NCBI GenBank assembly: GCA_963702005.1
Contig: OY969696.1
Coordinates: 3,808,001 to 3,872,000, forward strand
DNA from: Candidatus Aminicenantes bacterium
GTDB lineage: Bacteria > Acidobacteriota > Aminicenantia > Aminicenantales > JAFGBC01
DNA length: 64,000 nt
Reading direction: 5' to 3'
Part shown: positions 8,569 to 17,984 of the stretch, one piece after another
How the letters are laid out: every line of letters starts with the position of its first letter
Position numbering within the stretch: position 1 is the first letter of the stretch
Notes under the pieces: model-generated
The model's input: only the letters and a program-made list of their open reading frames with translations
Told to the model about the DNA's origin: nothing
Databases searched by the model: none
Made by a program: the position numbers and the translations under genes

Positions 8569-10017
8569 TCAATCGGCCGTATACTTGATGGTGAGGTAAT
8601 CCTCTTTAGTCCCGTCTCCCTCAGAGCTTCCCGTGACATAGACATGGCCGGTATTGTCGACGGCGATGGCTCTGGGCCAATCGTAGCCATGTGCCGGGCC
8701 GTCGTAGCGGCGCACCCATTTTTCGTTTCCGTCGGTGTCGTACTTGACGGTGGCAAAGTCGAAGGAGTTACAGGCGCTATCCTGGGATAGCCCCGTAACA
8801 TAGACATTCCCGGCGCCGTCGACGGCGATGGCCGTCGCGTAGTTGTACCCGAGCCCCGCGTCATAGACCCGTGTCCACTTGAGATTCCCGTTGGAATCAT
8901 ACTTGATCGTAATAAACTTTGTGGGGGGGCACAGCCCGCTTCCCGTCACATAGACGTTTCCGGAAGAATCCGCCGCCAGGCCGACGGCCTCAATATCCGT
9001 CATGCCGGAGGTTTCTTCCAATGTCTTGGCCCAGCGGAGACCTCCGTCGGTGTCATATTTGATCGTGAGAAAATCGTGCTTTGTCGCTGAAGTCTTCGTA
9101 GACCCCGTCAAGAAGATCTCGTTGAGGACGAGGATGTATATCGATCGATAGAGGACTTTCCCGGCATGCGGCACATCGTAGCCGTTATTCGGGCCGTTGT
9201 AGTGGATCGACCAGAGGACGCCTCCGTTTGGGTCATACTTGATGGTGCGATAATCGGAGGAGTTATTGAGTTCCATCGAACGGCCCATGACGTAGATGTT
9301 TTGTAACCGGTCCAGGCCGAGGCTGGCGACCAGGTCATCTTTATGAATAGAATCGTCGAACTGCCTCGCCCATTGCTGATGTCCGCCGGAGTCGTATTTG
9401 ACGGTTAGGAAATCGTGTTTTGTATTTTCCTCGCCCGACGCCGCCCATGAGTCCCCGGCCACGACGACATTCCTATCTTTGTCAACGGCGATCGCTCTAG
9501 CCGTATTATCGCTGTAGGTACCCCAGCCGTAGGCCCGAGCCCCCCATATTTTAGTTCCAGCGGTATTGTATTTGATCGTGGCGAATTCGCTGAAGCCGTT
9601 CGCATCGCAGGATCCGCCCGTCACATAGATGTTTCCGGCCGTGTCCAGGGCCATAGCATGGGCGATATCGAGTTTTGCCATCTGGCCGGATGAGGTATTG
9701 AAGCCGTACTTTTTCACCCATTTTTGGGTTCCACCCGAGCCGTATTTTATGGTCGTATAGTCCCAGTTGTTGTAGCCGACGATCGATCCCCCGGCCACGA
9801 AGACATTTCCGGCGCCGTCCACGGCGATCGCCTCGGGGATATCCGAGGCGTGAGCCGGTCCGTCATACCGCTTGACCCAGACCTCACCGTCATCAGGTTG
9901 CGGTCCAAACCCGGCTCCTCCCCCGGCGCCGGCGTCCCTCCCGGTTTTTATTCCGGGAACTCCCCAACCGAGACAGACGAACAATCCAACCAGAAGCCAG
10001 ATCATCCTTTTTCTCAT
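8569..10017 (-). CDS. Secreted SBBP-repeat beta-propeller protein
   Basis: Signal peptide; repeats A(I)AVDxxGNVYVTG.S...D(F/Y)xTIKYDxxG..W; lower GC than its neighbours. Confidence 0.8.
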   Translation of the reverse strand: MRKRMIWLLVGLFVCLGWGVPGIKTGRDAGAGGGAGFGPQPDDGEVWVKRYDGPAHASDIPEAIAVDGAGNVFVAGGSIVGYNNWDYTTIKYGSGGTQKWVKKYGFNTSSGQMAKLDIAHAMALDTAGNIYVTGGSCDANGFSEFATIKYNTAGTKIWGARAYGWGTYSDNTARAIAVDKDRNVVVAGDSWAASGEENTKHDFLTVKYDSGGHQQWARQFDDSIHKDDLVASLGLDRLQNIYVMGRSMELNNSSDYRTIKYDPNGGVLWSIHYNGPNNGYDVPHAGKVLYRSIYILVLNEIFLTGSTKTSATKHDFLTIKYDTDGGLRWAKTLEETSGMTDIEAVGLAADSSGNVYVTGSGLCPPTKFITIKYDSNGNLKWTRVYDAGLGYNYATAIAVDGAGNVYVTGLSQDSACNSFDFATVKYDTDGNEKWVRRYDGPAHGYDWPRAIAVDNTGHVYVTGSSEGDGTKEDYLTIKYTAD

Positions 10018-10158
10018 TGCGGTCCCCCTTCATTACTACGGGGAGCAGAATAGACATTGCATAGTCCTTGCTGCTCCCCGAGTACTAGCCGGGCGATAAG
10101 GAACGATGGAGTCAACTATATTTCGCCCGGCTTAGTAAAATAGCGCTCAGCCGAATTT

Positions 10159-10247
10159 GAATTCTGGGAACACATCGCTTAATTCGGCGATTCTCGCCGC
10201 ATAAAAAAGCCGGCTCGGATTCTGACAAATCATGTGTCCCCGGAATT
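10159..10247. repeat. Degenerate REP-like palindrome, GGGGACAC family
   Basis: GAATTCTGGGAACACATCGCTTAATTCG ... ATGTGTCCCCGGAATT, resembling the arms at 2311-2367. Confidence 0.7.
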
Positions 10248-10248
10248 A

Positions 10249-10686
10249 TCATTTCCAATCCAGCAGCCGCTGCTGGCCCTTGAGGCTCCGGAGCCAGGTC
10301 GCGTCCTGGCTGACCTCGAGGCATCCCTTGTAAGCGCCCTTCCCGTCGCGAAGGGCGAAGTAGCGGATGAGGATGAACTTGCCGTCGAGCTCGAGCCAGA
10401 AGTTGGCGACATCCTTCGTCCCCGCTTTGAACGCCTTGAGGATCGCCTCGACCGTGGAAACGCTCTTGGCCGGATGGCAGTTCTGGACCTTGCGGCCTAT
10501 GACGGCCGGGGTTCGCTTGAATATCCTGTCCTTAGTCGCGGAATAGTAAATGACCGTGTCGGTCTCATCGACGTAGGAGAGGTCGACGGGCAGGGTCTTG
10601 AGCATGAGGTCGATCTGCTCGGGCGTCAGGGCCCCGACGTTTAAGGGAACGGCCTGGGATTTCGGCTCATGGGTCGATGCGGACAT
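10249..10686 (-). CDS. Stand-alone PAS-domain protein (PAS_10/DUF438 C-terminal-like)
   Basis: LPVDLSYVDE.D.V.YYS...RIFKRTPAVIGRKVQNCHP..S..., YFALRD..G.YKGCLEVSQD; start 10686 with GAGGAGG RBS. Confidence 0.8.
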   Translation of the reverse strand: MSASTHEPKSQAVPLNVGALTPEQIDLMLKTLPVDLSYVDETDTVIYYSATKDRIFKRTPAVIGRKVQNCHPAKSVSTVEAILKAFKAGTKDVANFWLELDGKFILIRYFALRDGKGAYKGCLEVSQDATWLRSLKGQQRLLDWK

Positions 10687-10770
10687 GTTGAATTCCTCCT
10701 CTTCGGATTTCCATATTATCATAATCGGCCCGGCCGTAAAAGCGCGAGGAGGGATTATCAGGCCCTCGGC

Positions 10771-11337
10771 CTAGCGATACCGGAAACAGGCCATCAGATG
10801 GTCGTTGACCATACCCGTCGCCTGCATATGGGAGTAGACGACGGTCGAGCCGACGAACTTGAACCCGCGCGCCTTGAGGTCCTTGCTGATGAGGTCCGAG
10901 AGGGGCGTCCGGGCCGGCATGTCCTTGAAGGAGCGAAGACGGTTGCGAATCGGCTTTCCGCCCACGAAGCCCCAGATGTAGCGGTCGAAAGTCCCGAATT
11001 CCTTCCGGACCTCGAGGAAACGGCGGGCGTTGTTGATCGCGGCCAGGATTTTCAGACGGTTCCGGATGATGCCGGCATCGGCCAGGAGGCGGCGGACGTC
11101 CCGTTCCGTGAAGCGGGCCACCCTGGCCGGATCGAATCCCCGGAACGCCCGGCGGAAATTCTCCCGCTTGTCGAGGACCGTCTTCCAGCTCAGGCCGGCC
11201 TGCATTCCTTCGAGGATCAGGAATTCGAAGATCTTGCGGTCGTTGTGGAGGGGAACGCCCCATTCGCGGTCATGGTAGGCCCTCATCAGGGCATCGCTCC
11301 CGTCGCCCCAGCATCGTATCCGCCTTTTATCCTTCAA
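10771..11337 (-). CDS. tag: DNA-3-methyladenine glycosylase I
   Basis: RC.W, YHDREWG, LEGMQAGLSW, IIRNRLKI, GFKFVG, NDHLxxC. Confidence 0.95.
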   Translation of the reverse strand: MKDKRRIRCWGDGSDALMRAYHDREWGVPLHNDRKIFEFLILEGMQAGLSWKTVLDKRENFRRAFRGFDPARVARFTERDVRRLLADAGIIRNRLKILAAINNARRFLEVRKEFGTFDRYIWGFVGGKPIRNRLRSFKDMPARTPLSDLISKDLKARGFKFVGSTVVYSHMQATGMVNDHLMACFRYR

Positions 11338-11373
11338 AAGACGTCTGTCTCCATTTTCTTGCTGGCTATTCGA

Positions 11374-13398
11374 TCACTTGATCCGCCGATACTTGATCAG
11401 GAGCGAGCCCGGCGCTTCCGGGATCTTGATTGAAATGCCGGCGGCGAGCTCGCGGCCGGTCTTGAAGACCGTGATCCCGTAATCTTCGTAGCTCACCTCG
11501 TAATCGGCGTCGGGGTCGAGCCCTTGAAGGTTGACGGCGATCGACGAAACCGCGGCCAGCTGCCTCCGGAAGGCCAGGACGATTCCGTCTCGCTCCTCGG
11601 GCCGGTCCCACTGAAAGGCCGCCCAGACTTCGTCCGAAGTTGAGTAGTCCGTGAGCGGATAGTAATCCCCAAACAAATAGGCCCGCAGGCTCCTGAACTC
11701 GGCGATGTCCTCACGGGCCAAGGCCGTGTTGAAGGACGCGTTATTATAGGTTCCGTTGAGCTCCCAGCCGAGAACCACGGCGCCGCCCATCGAGCTCCGG
11801 AAATAATATTTCTGGGGATTGTTGTTGCCCGTCCCGCTGGCGGGAAGGAAGAAATGGAGGCCGTAGGTGTGGCACTGGTAGCCGTTGGGCTCGAAATAGG
11901 AATAGTCGGTCCGCCAGAGGGGGATGCTGCGGCCGATCGTCTCCAGGTCGATCCGGCGCCCGCCCGAGGCGCAGTTGTCGATCAAGAGCCCGGGATTCCT
12001 GGCCAGCAGGGCGTCCCAGTACGCGTAAAGCCCTTCGATGTGCTTCATTTCGGCGATGCCGATGCGGTCGGGCGCGTCCATGGCTTTCCAGTATGGCGCC
12101 GGGTCGAAGTTGAAATCCTGGCGGTAGACCGTCACGCCTTCGGTTTGGATGAAGTTCGAGATGTAATCGATCAGCCATTCCAGAGCCTTGGGATGGCCCA
12201 AGTTGAGGAGTCGGTTGGGATTGTCCGGAAGCGCCGTCAGCCATTCCGGATGCTCGCGGTCGAGGCGCGTCCCCTCGTAGACGCGTTCCGGCTCGAACCA
12301 GACGACGAAGCCCTTGCCCCATTCTTTCGCGGCTTCGGTGACCGGCTTCAATCCGCGCGGAAAGTTCTTCCGGTTGACGGTCCAGTTGCCGACCCCCTGC
12401 CACCACGATCGGCCGGCGTTCTCGTACCAGCCGGCGTCGATCCAGCAGGCGTCCGGCTCGATTCCGAACTGTTTGAGCCGGTCGATCATGGCCAGGGCGT
12501 AGCTTTCCGTGGCGCAGACATATTCATTGCAGGGGAAGGGGCCGCCGAACCCGACGCCGTGGCTGAGGGGAAGGACGAGCGGTTTCCCCCCGGGTCGCGG
12601 CGTGTGATGGGCGAGGACAAACCGGCGGAATAGGTTATGGCCGGACATGCGGTCCCGGCCCTTCCAGAACAGGAGGGCGACCGAGGGAGTGCGGACTTCC
12701 TCGCCGGGCCGGAGCTTGAAATGGGTTCGGGCCAGGCCGGCCTCAAGGGTCAGGCCGCGCGGGCCCTTGCGCTGCACCAGGGCCGACCAACGGCCGCTCC
12801 AGCCGATGGCGGCCACGATGCCCCGCTCGGCCGTCGCGACGTTAAAAAACGGCAGGGCCTCCGTATCCGAGGAGCGTCCGGCCGACGGACCGAACCGGAC
12901 TTCGCCTTTTTCCCCTAAGACATCGTTGATGGGCGCGAAGTCGGATCGCTCGGCGCTGCTGCCGCGGGCGCGATACAGAGTCGTCGATCCTTCGGGCCAG
13001 TCATTGAACGATACGGCGCAGGCTTGGAGGTCCTCGATGATCGGGGTGTCGGCTTTTCCTTCGTTCTTGACGCGGACAACCCACTCGACCGCGGCAAAAT
13101 CCCGATAGATCGTGGTGACGGATGTGACGCGGAGCCCGGTCGCGCGATCCGCATGGACGACCGTTGTTACGGTCAGATCGCCCGCTGGTCGCGTCTCGGA
13201 AGTCACGGTCCATTTTTGCAGAAAGCCGGAGGACGGCTTCCCGTCATAGACGAAAGAAATCGGCGGCGCCGCTCCCCGCCCGACATGGGCGGCGACAAAC
13301 CTTTCGAGGTTCGCCCGGTCCTGGGCCGCCGAGGGGTCCCAGGCGGCGCTAAGACAAAAACGACTCAGAGCCAAGAGCCCGATCAGAACTCGCTTCAT
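11374..13398 (-). CDS. Alpha-galactosidase-like glycoside hydrolase (GH36)
   Basis: Signal peptide; WIDAGW, WFEPE, YRQDFN, IDNCASGGRRID, WRTD. Confidence 0.85.
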   Translation of the reverse strand: MKRVLIGLLALSRFCLSAAWDPSAAQDRANLERFVAAHVGRGAAPPISFVYDGKPSSGFLQKWTVTSETRPAGDLTVTTVVHADRATGLRVTSVTTIYRDFAAVEWVVRVKNEGKADTPIIEDLQACAVSFNDWPEGSTTLYRARGSSAERSDFAPINDVLGEKGEVRFGPSAGRSSDTEALPFFNVATAERGIVAAIGWSGRWSALVQRKGPRGLTLEAGLARTHFKLRPGEEVRTPSVALLFWKGRDRMSGHNLFRRFVLAHHTPRPGGKPLVLPLSHGVGFGGPFPCNEYVCATESYALAMIDRLKQFGIEPDACWIDAGWYENAGRSWWQGVGNWTVNRKNFPRGLKPVTEAAKEWGKGFVVWFEPERVYEGTRLDREHPEWLTALPDNPNRLLNLGHPKALEWLIDYISNFIQTEGVTVYRQDFNFDPAPYWKAMDAPDRIGIAEMKHIEGLYAYWDALLARNPGLLIDNCASGGRRIDLETIGRSIPLWRTDYSYFEPNGYQCHTYGLHFFLPASGTGNNNPQKYYFRSSMGGAVVLGWELNGTYNNASFNTALAREDIAEFRSLRAYLFGDYYPLTDYSTSDEVWAAFQWDRPEERDGIVLAFRRQLAAVSSIAVNLQGLDPDADYEVSYEDYGITVFKTGRELAAGISIKIPEAPGSLLIKYRRIK

Positions 13399-13468
13399 GA
13401 CTCGTCCCTCCATTCGGATCGATCCTTCCCGTGCGCCGGCTTTCCCCGTCCGCCGGACGCCTCAAGAA

Positions 13469-14299
13469 TTATATAACAAGCTCTTCGCCGGAGAAATGGA
13501 CGAAGGAGAAGCACTCCGGGATGTGCGAGTCATAGACGCCGTGGCGGTTGAGGGCCCAGCCGGGATGGGGCTCAGCCTTGACGCCGCAGTAGTCGAGGAG
13601 CTCGAAGCGCGAGAAGTCCATCCGCCAGACATCGCCGTCGCGCGGCGGCACGGGACGGCTGCCGGCCAAGATCTTCATCCCGCGCCAGGGGAAGGCGATC
13701 TCCGCCGTCCAGCCCCTATCGACGTCCGAGGCGTCATTGAGGGTGCCGTCCACGCGAACGGCCGTCTTGAGCCCCGGGAAATCCCAGTCCATGAAAGCCC
13801 AGCGGGCGCCCCGGGGATGCTTGCCCCAGCGCAACGCATCCTGGAAGCCGCCCAGGACGTCGACGCGGCGGGTGAGCAAATCGAATTCCGGAATGTCGAA
13901 ACGGCCGCCTTTCTGGTAGGCGTCCTGCCAGATGTAGAAAACTTCATAGACCGTGCCCAGGGCGTTGATTTCGAACTCGTAATAGCAGTCCTCCCCGCCA
14001 ATAAAAATCTCGACGTCGTTCTCGGTCCAGACGAGGGAGTCCCGCTCCGAGAGCCGGGCCCGGACATCGGGCTCCTCGACCCAAAAGGCGACATACAAAT
14101 TTTCATCGTCCCAGAGCGAGGCCATCCGCGTCTCGAGAAAGCCCGGGACGCCGCTGACCAAATCGACAAAGCGGCGCGATTTCCGCGCCTTCCGCCAGAC
14201 GGGCTTGTCCAGGCGGCCGTCGATCTCGACGGGCCGCGGAGCGCGCAGACACGAGTAGCGGGCCAGGTCTTTTTCGCCGCATCCATAAGGGGGGTTCAT
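13469..14299 (-). CDS. CBM9-like (DOMON-like) sugar-binding protein
   Basis: IDGRLD..W, LWDDENLY, NDVEIFI, YYEFEINALG, GWTAEIAFPW; start chosen at the ATG with a GAGG RBS. Confidence 0.78.
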   Translation of the reverse strand: MNPPYGCGEKDLARYSCLRAPRPVEIDGRLDKPVWRKARKSRRFVDLVSGVPGFLETRMASLWDDENLYVAFWVEEPDVRARLSERDSLVWTENDVEIFIGGEDCYYEFEINALGTVYEVFYIWQDAYQKGGRFDIPEFDLLTRRVDVLGGFQDALRWGKHPRGARWAFMDWDFPGLKTAVRVDGTLNDASDVDRGWTAEIAFPWRGMKILAGSRPVPPRDGDVWRMDFSRFELLDYCGVKAEPHPGWALNRHGVYDSHIPECFSFVHFSGEELVI

Positions 14300-14331
14300 A
14301 TTCCTCAACATACACAAAGCCCGCGGGGCGA

Positions 14332-14446
14332 GTCAACCCCTCAGCACTCATACTAAGCCGTTTCCGGCTTAGTATGAGTGCTGCAAGGCTGGGCTCCGAT
14401 TTTAGGCCCCGCCTTCAAGGCGGGGTAGCGTCGACGAACGGGTCAA
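14332..14446 (-). mobile_element. IS200/IS605-like mini-element, copy B, carrying a 19-bp perfect hairpin module
   Basis: GTCAACCCCTC...CCCCGCCTTCAAGGCGGGGTAGCGTCGACGAACGGGTCAA; internal CAGCACTCATACTAAGCCG-TTTC-CGGCTTAGTATGAGTGCTG-CAAGGCTG. Confidence 0.7.
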
Positions 14447-14563
14447 CTCCAGCGGGAGGACGTGCCTACGGGTGAAAACACCCGGAGACTGAGCGTCTTG
14501 AATGAAGGCGGCCCCTAAAAAAAGAAAGGATCGCGGACCGGCAAAATCTGATAGAATATCGTT

Positions 14564-15340
14564 ATGAGGGCGGGATCCAAGCCGTTTCTGACCGTGATCC
14601 TCACGCTGTTCGCCGCCGGACAGGCTGCCCCCCTGCGCGCCGCGCACGTCCGGATCGAGCTGGGCGGAAGCTTCTGGACGCTCAGCCCATTCACGACTCC
14701 GATCGAGGATGAAACCAAAAAGGTCATCGAGCAGGAAATCCTCCGTTTCATGCGGCCCATCCTTAAATACATCCCGCCGCCCGAGATCCGCCAGAACCTG
14801 AACCTCGATTCGTCGGGCGTCTGCTGGTCGGCGACCGTCTGGGTCCCGCTCTATTCCGACCGGCTGGAGGCGGGGCTGAAATGCTCCGTCGTCCGGTTGC
14901 GGGTTCCCTTCACGCTGACCGTCGAGCAGGAGTATTCGATCATCGGCTATGATCTCGTACGTGTGCACGGAGCGGCCGACGGCCGCGTCCGTTTCAATAC
15001 GTTCATACTTGGGCTCGTCGGCCGCTGGACCTTCCTGCGGACCGGCCGGCTCTTATGGAGCCTGACCGCCGGCGCCACGGCCTTTCCTTTCAAGGGCGAC
15101 GTCGCGGGAAGCTACGAGCTGACGGCCACGACGCCCCTCGGCTCCTTGACCGCGAGCGGCAGCGACAAGGTGACGATCGACGAGCTGCGCCGGGATTATG
15201 AAGACATCCCCTCCGTTCTCATCTTTCCCTATATCTCCGCGGCCTGCGAGATCCGTCTGGCGCGCCGGGTCGGACTCGTCTTCGAAGCCGCCGTTTCCCA
15301 AGGGACGTTCCTCTCGGCAGGGCTCTCGATCGGCCTTTAG
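14564..15340 (+). CDS. Hypothetical secreted protein, possibly an outer-membrane beta-barrel
   Basis: Signal peptide, amphipathic beta-strand pattern, C-terminus ...FLSAGLSIGL. Confidence 0.6.
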   Translation: MRAGSKPFLTVILTLFAAGQAAPLRAAHVRIELGGSFWTLSPFTTPIEDETKKVIEQEILRFMRPILKYIPPPEIRQNLNLDSSGVCWSATVWVPLYSDRLEAGLKCSVVRLRVPFTLTVEQEYSIIGYDLVRVHGAADGRVRFNTFILGLVGRWTFLRTGRLLWSLTAGATAFPFKGDVAGSYELTATTPLGSLTASGSDKVTIDELRRDYEDIPSVLIFPYISAACEIRLARRVGLVFEAAVSQGTFLSAGLSIGL

Positions 15341-15497
15341 GGGCCGGCGGTCGCTCCCCGGCCCGGCCGGGGCGGCCTTCATCGAATCTTCACGCCGTCT
15401 TCATCAAGAGTTTACCCGTCTCGCTTATATTAGACTCCAGACTGGCCGGACTCCCAAGATCCGGACATGAAGGAAACACCCTGAAGAGGAGTTAAAA

Positions 15498-17951
15498 ATG
15501 ACCAAAGCCGATCTCCACGTCCATTCTAAATATTCCGAACATCCCTCGGAATGGTTCTTGCAGCGGCTCGGCGCCGCAGAGTCCTACACGGAGCCCGAAA
15601 CCGTCTATCGGACGGCTAAGGAGCGGGGGATGGATTTCGTGACCCTGACCGACCACAACCGGATCGAGGGGTCCTTCCTTCTCCGGGAGAGCCATCCCGA
15701 GGACGTCTTATCGGGAGTCGAGGCGACCGCCTACTTCCCCGAGGACGGCTGCAAGATCCACATCCTGCTTTACGGGCTGTCTGCGGCCGAGTTCGAGGAG
15801 GTCCAACGGCTGCGGACGAACATCTATGACCTCCGCGATTACATACAAGCCCGAGGCTTGGCTTACTCGGTCGCCCACGCGACCTACTTCGTCAACGGCA
15901 AGCTCAGGCTCGATCACCTCGAGAGGCTCATGCTCTTGTTCGATGTCTTCGAGGGCAGGAACGGCGGCCGGAACCGGATCAATAACGACGCCTGGACGAC
16001 GGCCCTCGGCCGGCTGACCCCGGACCGGATCGGCGACCTCCACCGCAAGTACCGGATCGAACCGATGAGCGCCGACCCCTGGATCAAGGGATTCACCGGC
16101 GGCTCGGACGACCACGGCGCCCTGTTCATCGGGAGCACTTTCACGACGGCCGAAGCTGGGACCCCGGCTGAATTTCTCGACCGTCTCAGGTCCAAGGCGA
16201 CGCTGGCCGCCGGCCGCCATAACGACTATCAGTCCCTGGCCTTCACCTTCTACAAGGTCGCCTACGACTTCTCCAAGAGCAAAAGCTCGGCCCTGACGCG
16301 CTCCTTGTTCAGCCGGGTCAGCGAGATGCTCTTCGAGAGGAAGAGCTACGGCTTTAAGGACTGGCTTCGCTCCAAAAGGCTCCGGGCCGCCCGGATGAGG
16401 AGCGAGGACCGCATCCAGGGCCGGTTCCTCGAGCTCATCGAAGCCCTCCACAAAGGCGGCGACAAACCGATCGAGGATAAAATCTCGCTCGTCTACGATA
16501 AACTGTCCGCCATCTCGGACGACTTTTTCCGGATCCTGTTCGAATCCTTCGAGCGGGATCTGGAGAACGGCGACGTCGTCGGCCTCATCCGGAACGTCTC
16601 GTCCTCGCTCCCCGGCCTCTTTCTGTCGGCCCCCTTCTTCTCAACCCTCAAGCACATGTACCAGGGCCGCGGCCTCGTCAACGAGCTCAACGCCCGCTAC
16701 GGTCCGGAACGGACGGCCGAGTCACGGAAAGTCCTCTGGTTCACGGACACGCTGACCGACCTCAACGGCGTCGCGGTAACGATTCAGGAAGTCGCCCGAA
16801 CGGCCCAAGAAAAAAGCATGGACGTGCGGATCGTGACATCGCTCAGCGGCGACGGCAAGGCCAAGGACCTCCCTCCCAATATCATCAATCTCCCGGCCGT
16901 CTTCGACTTCAAGATCCCCTCCTATGAGAGCTATACCCTTCGGATCCCCTCCCTGCTGCGGGCGCTCGAGATCATCCAACGCGAGGAGCCTGAGATGGTC
17001 GTCATCTCGACCCCGGGCCCTCTTGGTCTCCTAGGGCTTCTCATCTCCAGGGTCCTCAACGTCCGGAGCGTCGGGATTTATCATACGGACTTCGCCCTGC
17101 AAGCCAAGGCCATCGTCAAGGACGAGTCCGTCGTCAAGCTTCTCGACGATTACACGCGTTGGTTCTACTCGGCCATGGACGAAATTCGGGTGCCGACCCG
17201 GGAGTACATCCAGATTCTCCGCGACCGGGGGCTCGATCCGTCTAAGATGAAGGTCTTCAACCGGGGATTGGACACGGACCTTTTTTCGCCCCGGAGGGAA
17301 GACTGGCCCCCGCTCGCCGGGCGTTGGGGGATCAGGGACGGGATCAATCTCCTCTATGTCGGCCGGGTCTCCGAGGACAAGAACCTCGACTTCCTGCTTG
17401 AAGCCTACAAGGCCGCCGCGCGGACCATCCCGGACCTGAACTTGATCATCGTCGGCGACGGCCCGTATCTCGACACGCTCGAGGGCAAAGTCAAGTCCAT
17501 GCCCAGGGTCGTCCTGACGGGGCGGCTGAGCCAGGAGGAACTCCCCTGGGTTTATTCTCATTCCGACTTGTTCCTTTTCCCGAGCACCACCGACACATTC
17601 GGAATGGCCGTCCTCGAGGCGCAGGCCTGCGGTCTGCCCGCCCTCGTTTCGGACGCGGGAGGACCACAAGAAATCGTAGCTCACGGCCGGACCGGATGGG
17701 TCGTCTCCACCCGCAGCGTCCAGGACTGGCGGGACGAGATCGAGCAGTTCGTCAAGCTCGCCCGGACGCGACAGGATCGGCTCATCGCCATCAAGACCGA
17801 AGCGCGGCGCAAGGCCATCCAGAACACGGACTGGGCGAGTCTCCTCAAGGACCTCATCGGAGACGCCCCAGCCAAGGACAAAGTGGATAAGGGCGCGGAC
17901 GGTGGGGCCTTCCCCCTGATGGGGACCCCGATCGCCGCCTGCGAAGGCTGA
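15498..17951 (+). CDS. PHP-domain/GT4 glycosyltransferase fusion
   Basis: DLHVHS, TLTDHN, GGSDDH (PHP); NGVA, YVGRVSEDKNL, DTFGMAVLEAQACGLP (GT4). Confidence 0.88.
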   Translation: MTKADLHVHSKYSEHPSEWFLQRLGAAESYTEPETVYRTAKERGMDFVTLTDHNRIEGSFLLRESHPEDVLSGVEATAYFPEDGCKIHILLYGLSAAEFEEVQRLRTNIYDLRDYIQARGLAYSVAHATYFVNGKLRLDHLERLMLLFDVFEGRNGGRNRINNDAWTTALGRLTPDRIGDLHRKYRIEPMSADPWIKGFTGGSDDHGALFIGSTFTTAEAGTPAEFLDRLRSKATLAAGRHNDYQSLAFTFYKVAYDFSKSKSSALTRSLFSRVSEMLFERKSYGFKDWLRSKRLRAARMRSEDRIQGRFLELIEALHKGGDKPIEDKISLVYDKLSAISDDFFRILFESFERDLENGDVVGLIRNVSSSLPGLFLSAPFFSTLKHMYQGRGLVNELNARYGPERTAESRKVLWFTDTLTDLNGVAVTIQEVARTAQEKSMDVRIVTSLSGDGKAKDLPPNIINLPAVFDFKIPSYESYTLRIPSLLRALEIIQREEPEMVVISTPGPLGLLGLLISRVLNVRSVGIYHTDFALQAKAIVKDESVVKLLDDYTRWFYSAMDEIRVPTREYIQILRDRGLDPSKMKVFNRGLDTDLFSPRREDWPPLAGRWGIRDGINLLYVGRVSEDKNLDFLLEAYKAAARTIPDLNLIIVGDGPYLDTLEGKVKSMPRVVLTGRLSQEELPWVYSHSDLFLFPSTTDTFGMAVLEAQACGLPALVSDAGGPQEIVAHGRTGWVVSTRSVQDWRDEIEQFVKLARTRQDRLIAIKTEARRKAIQNTDWASLLKDLIGDAPAKDKVDKGADGGAFPLMGTPIAACEG

Positions 17952-17984
17952 CGCGGGGCCAGGCGGAGCTCGACCGCCTCAGGA

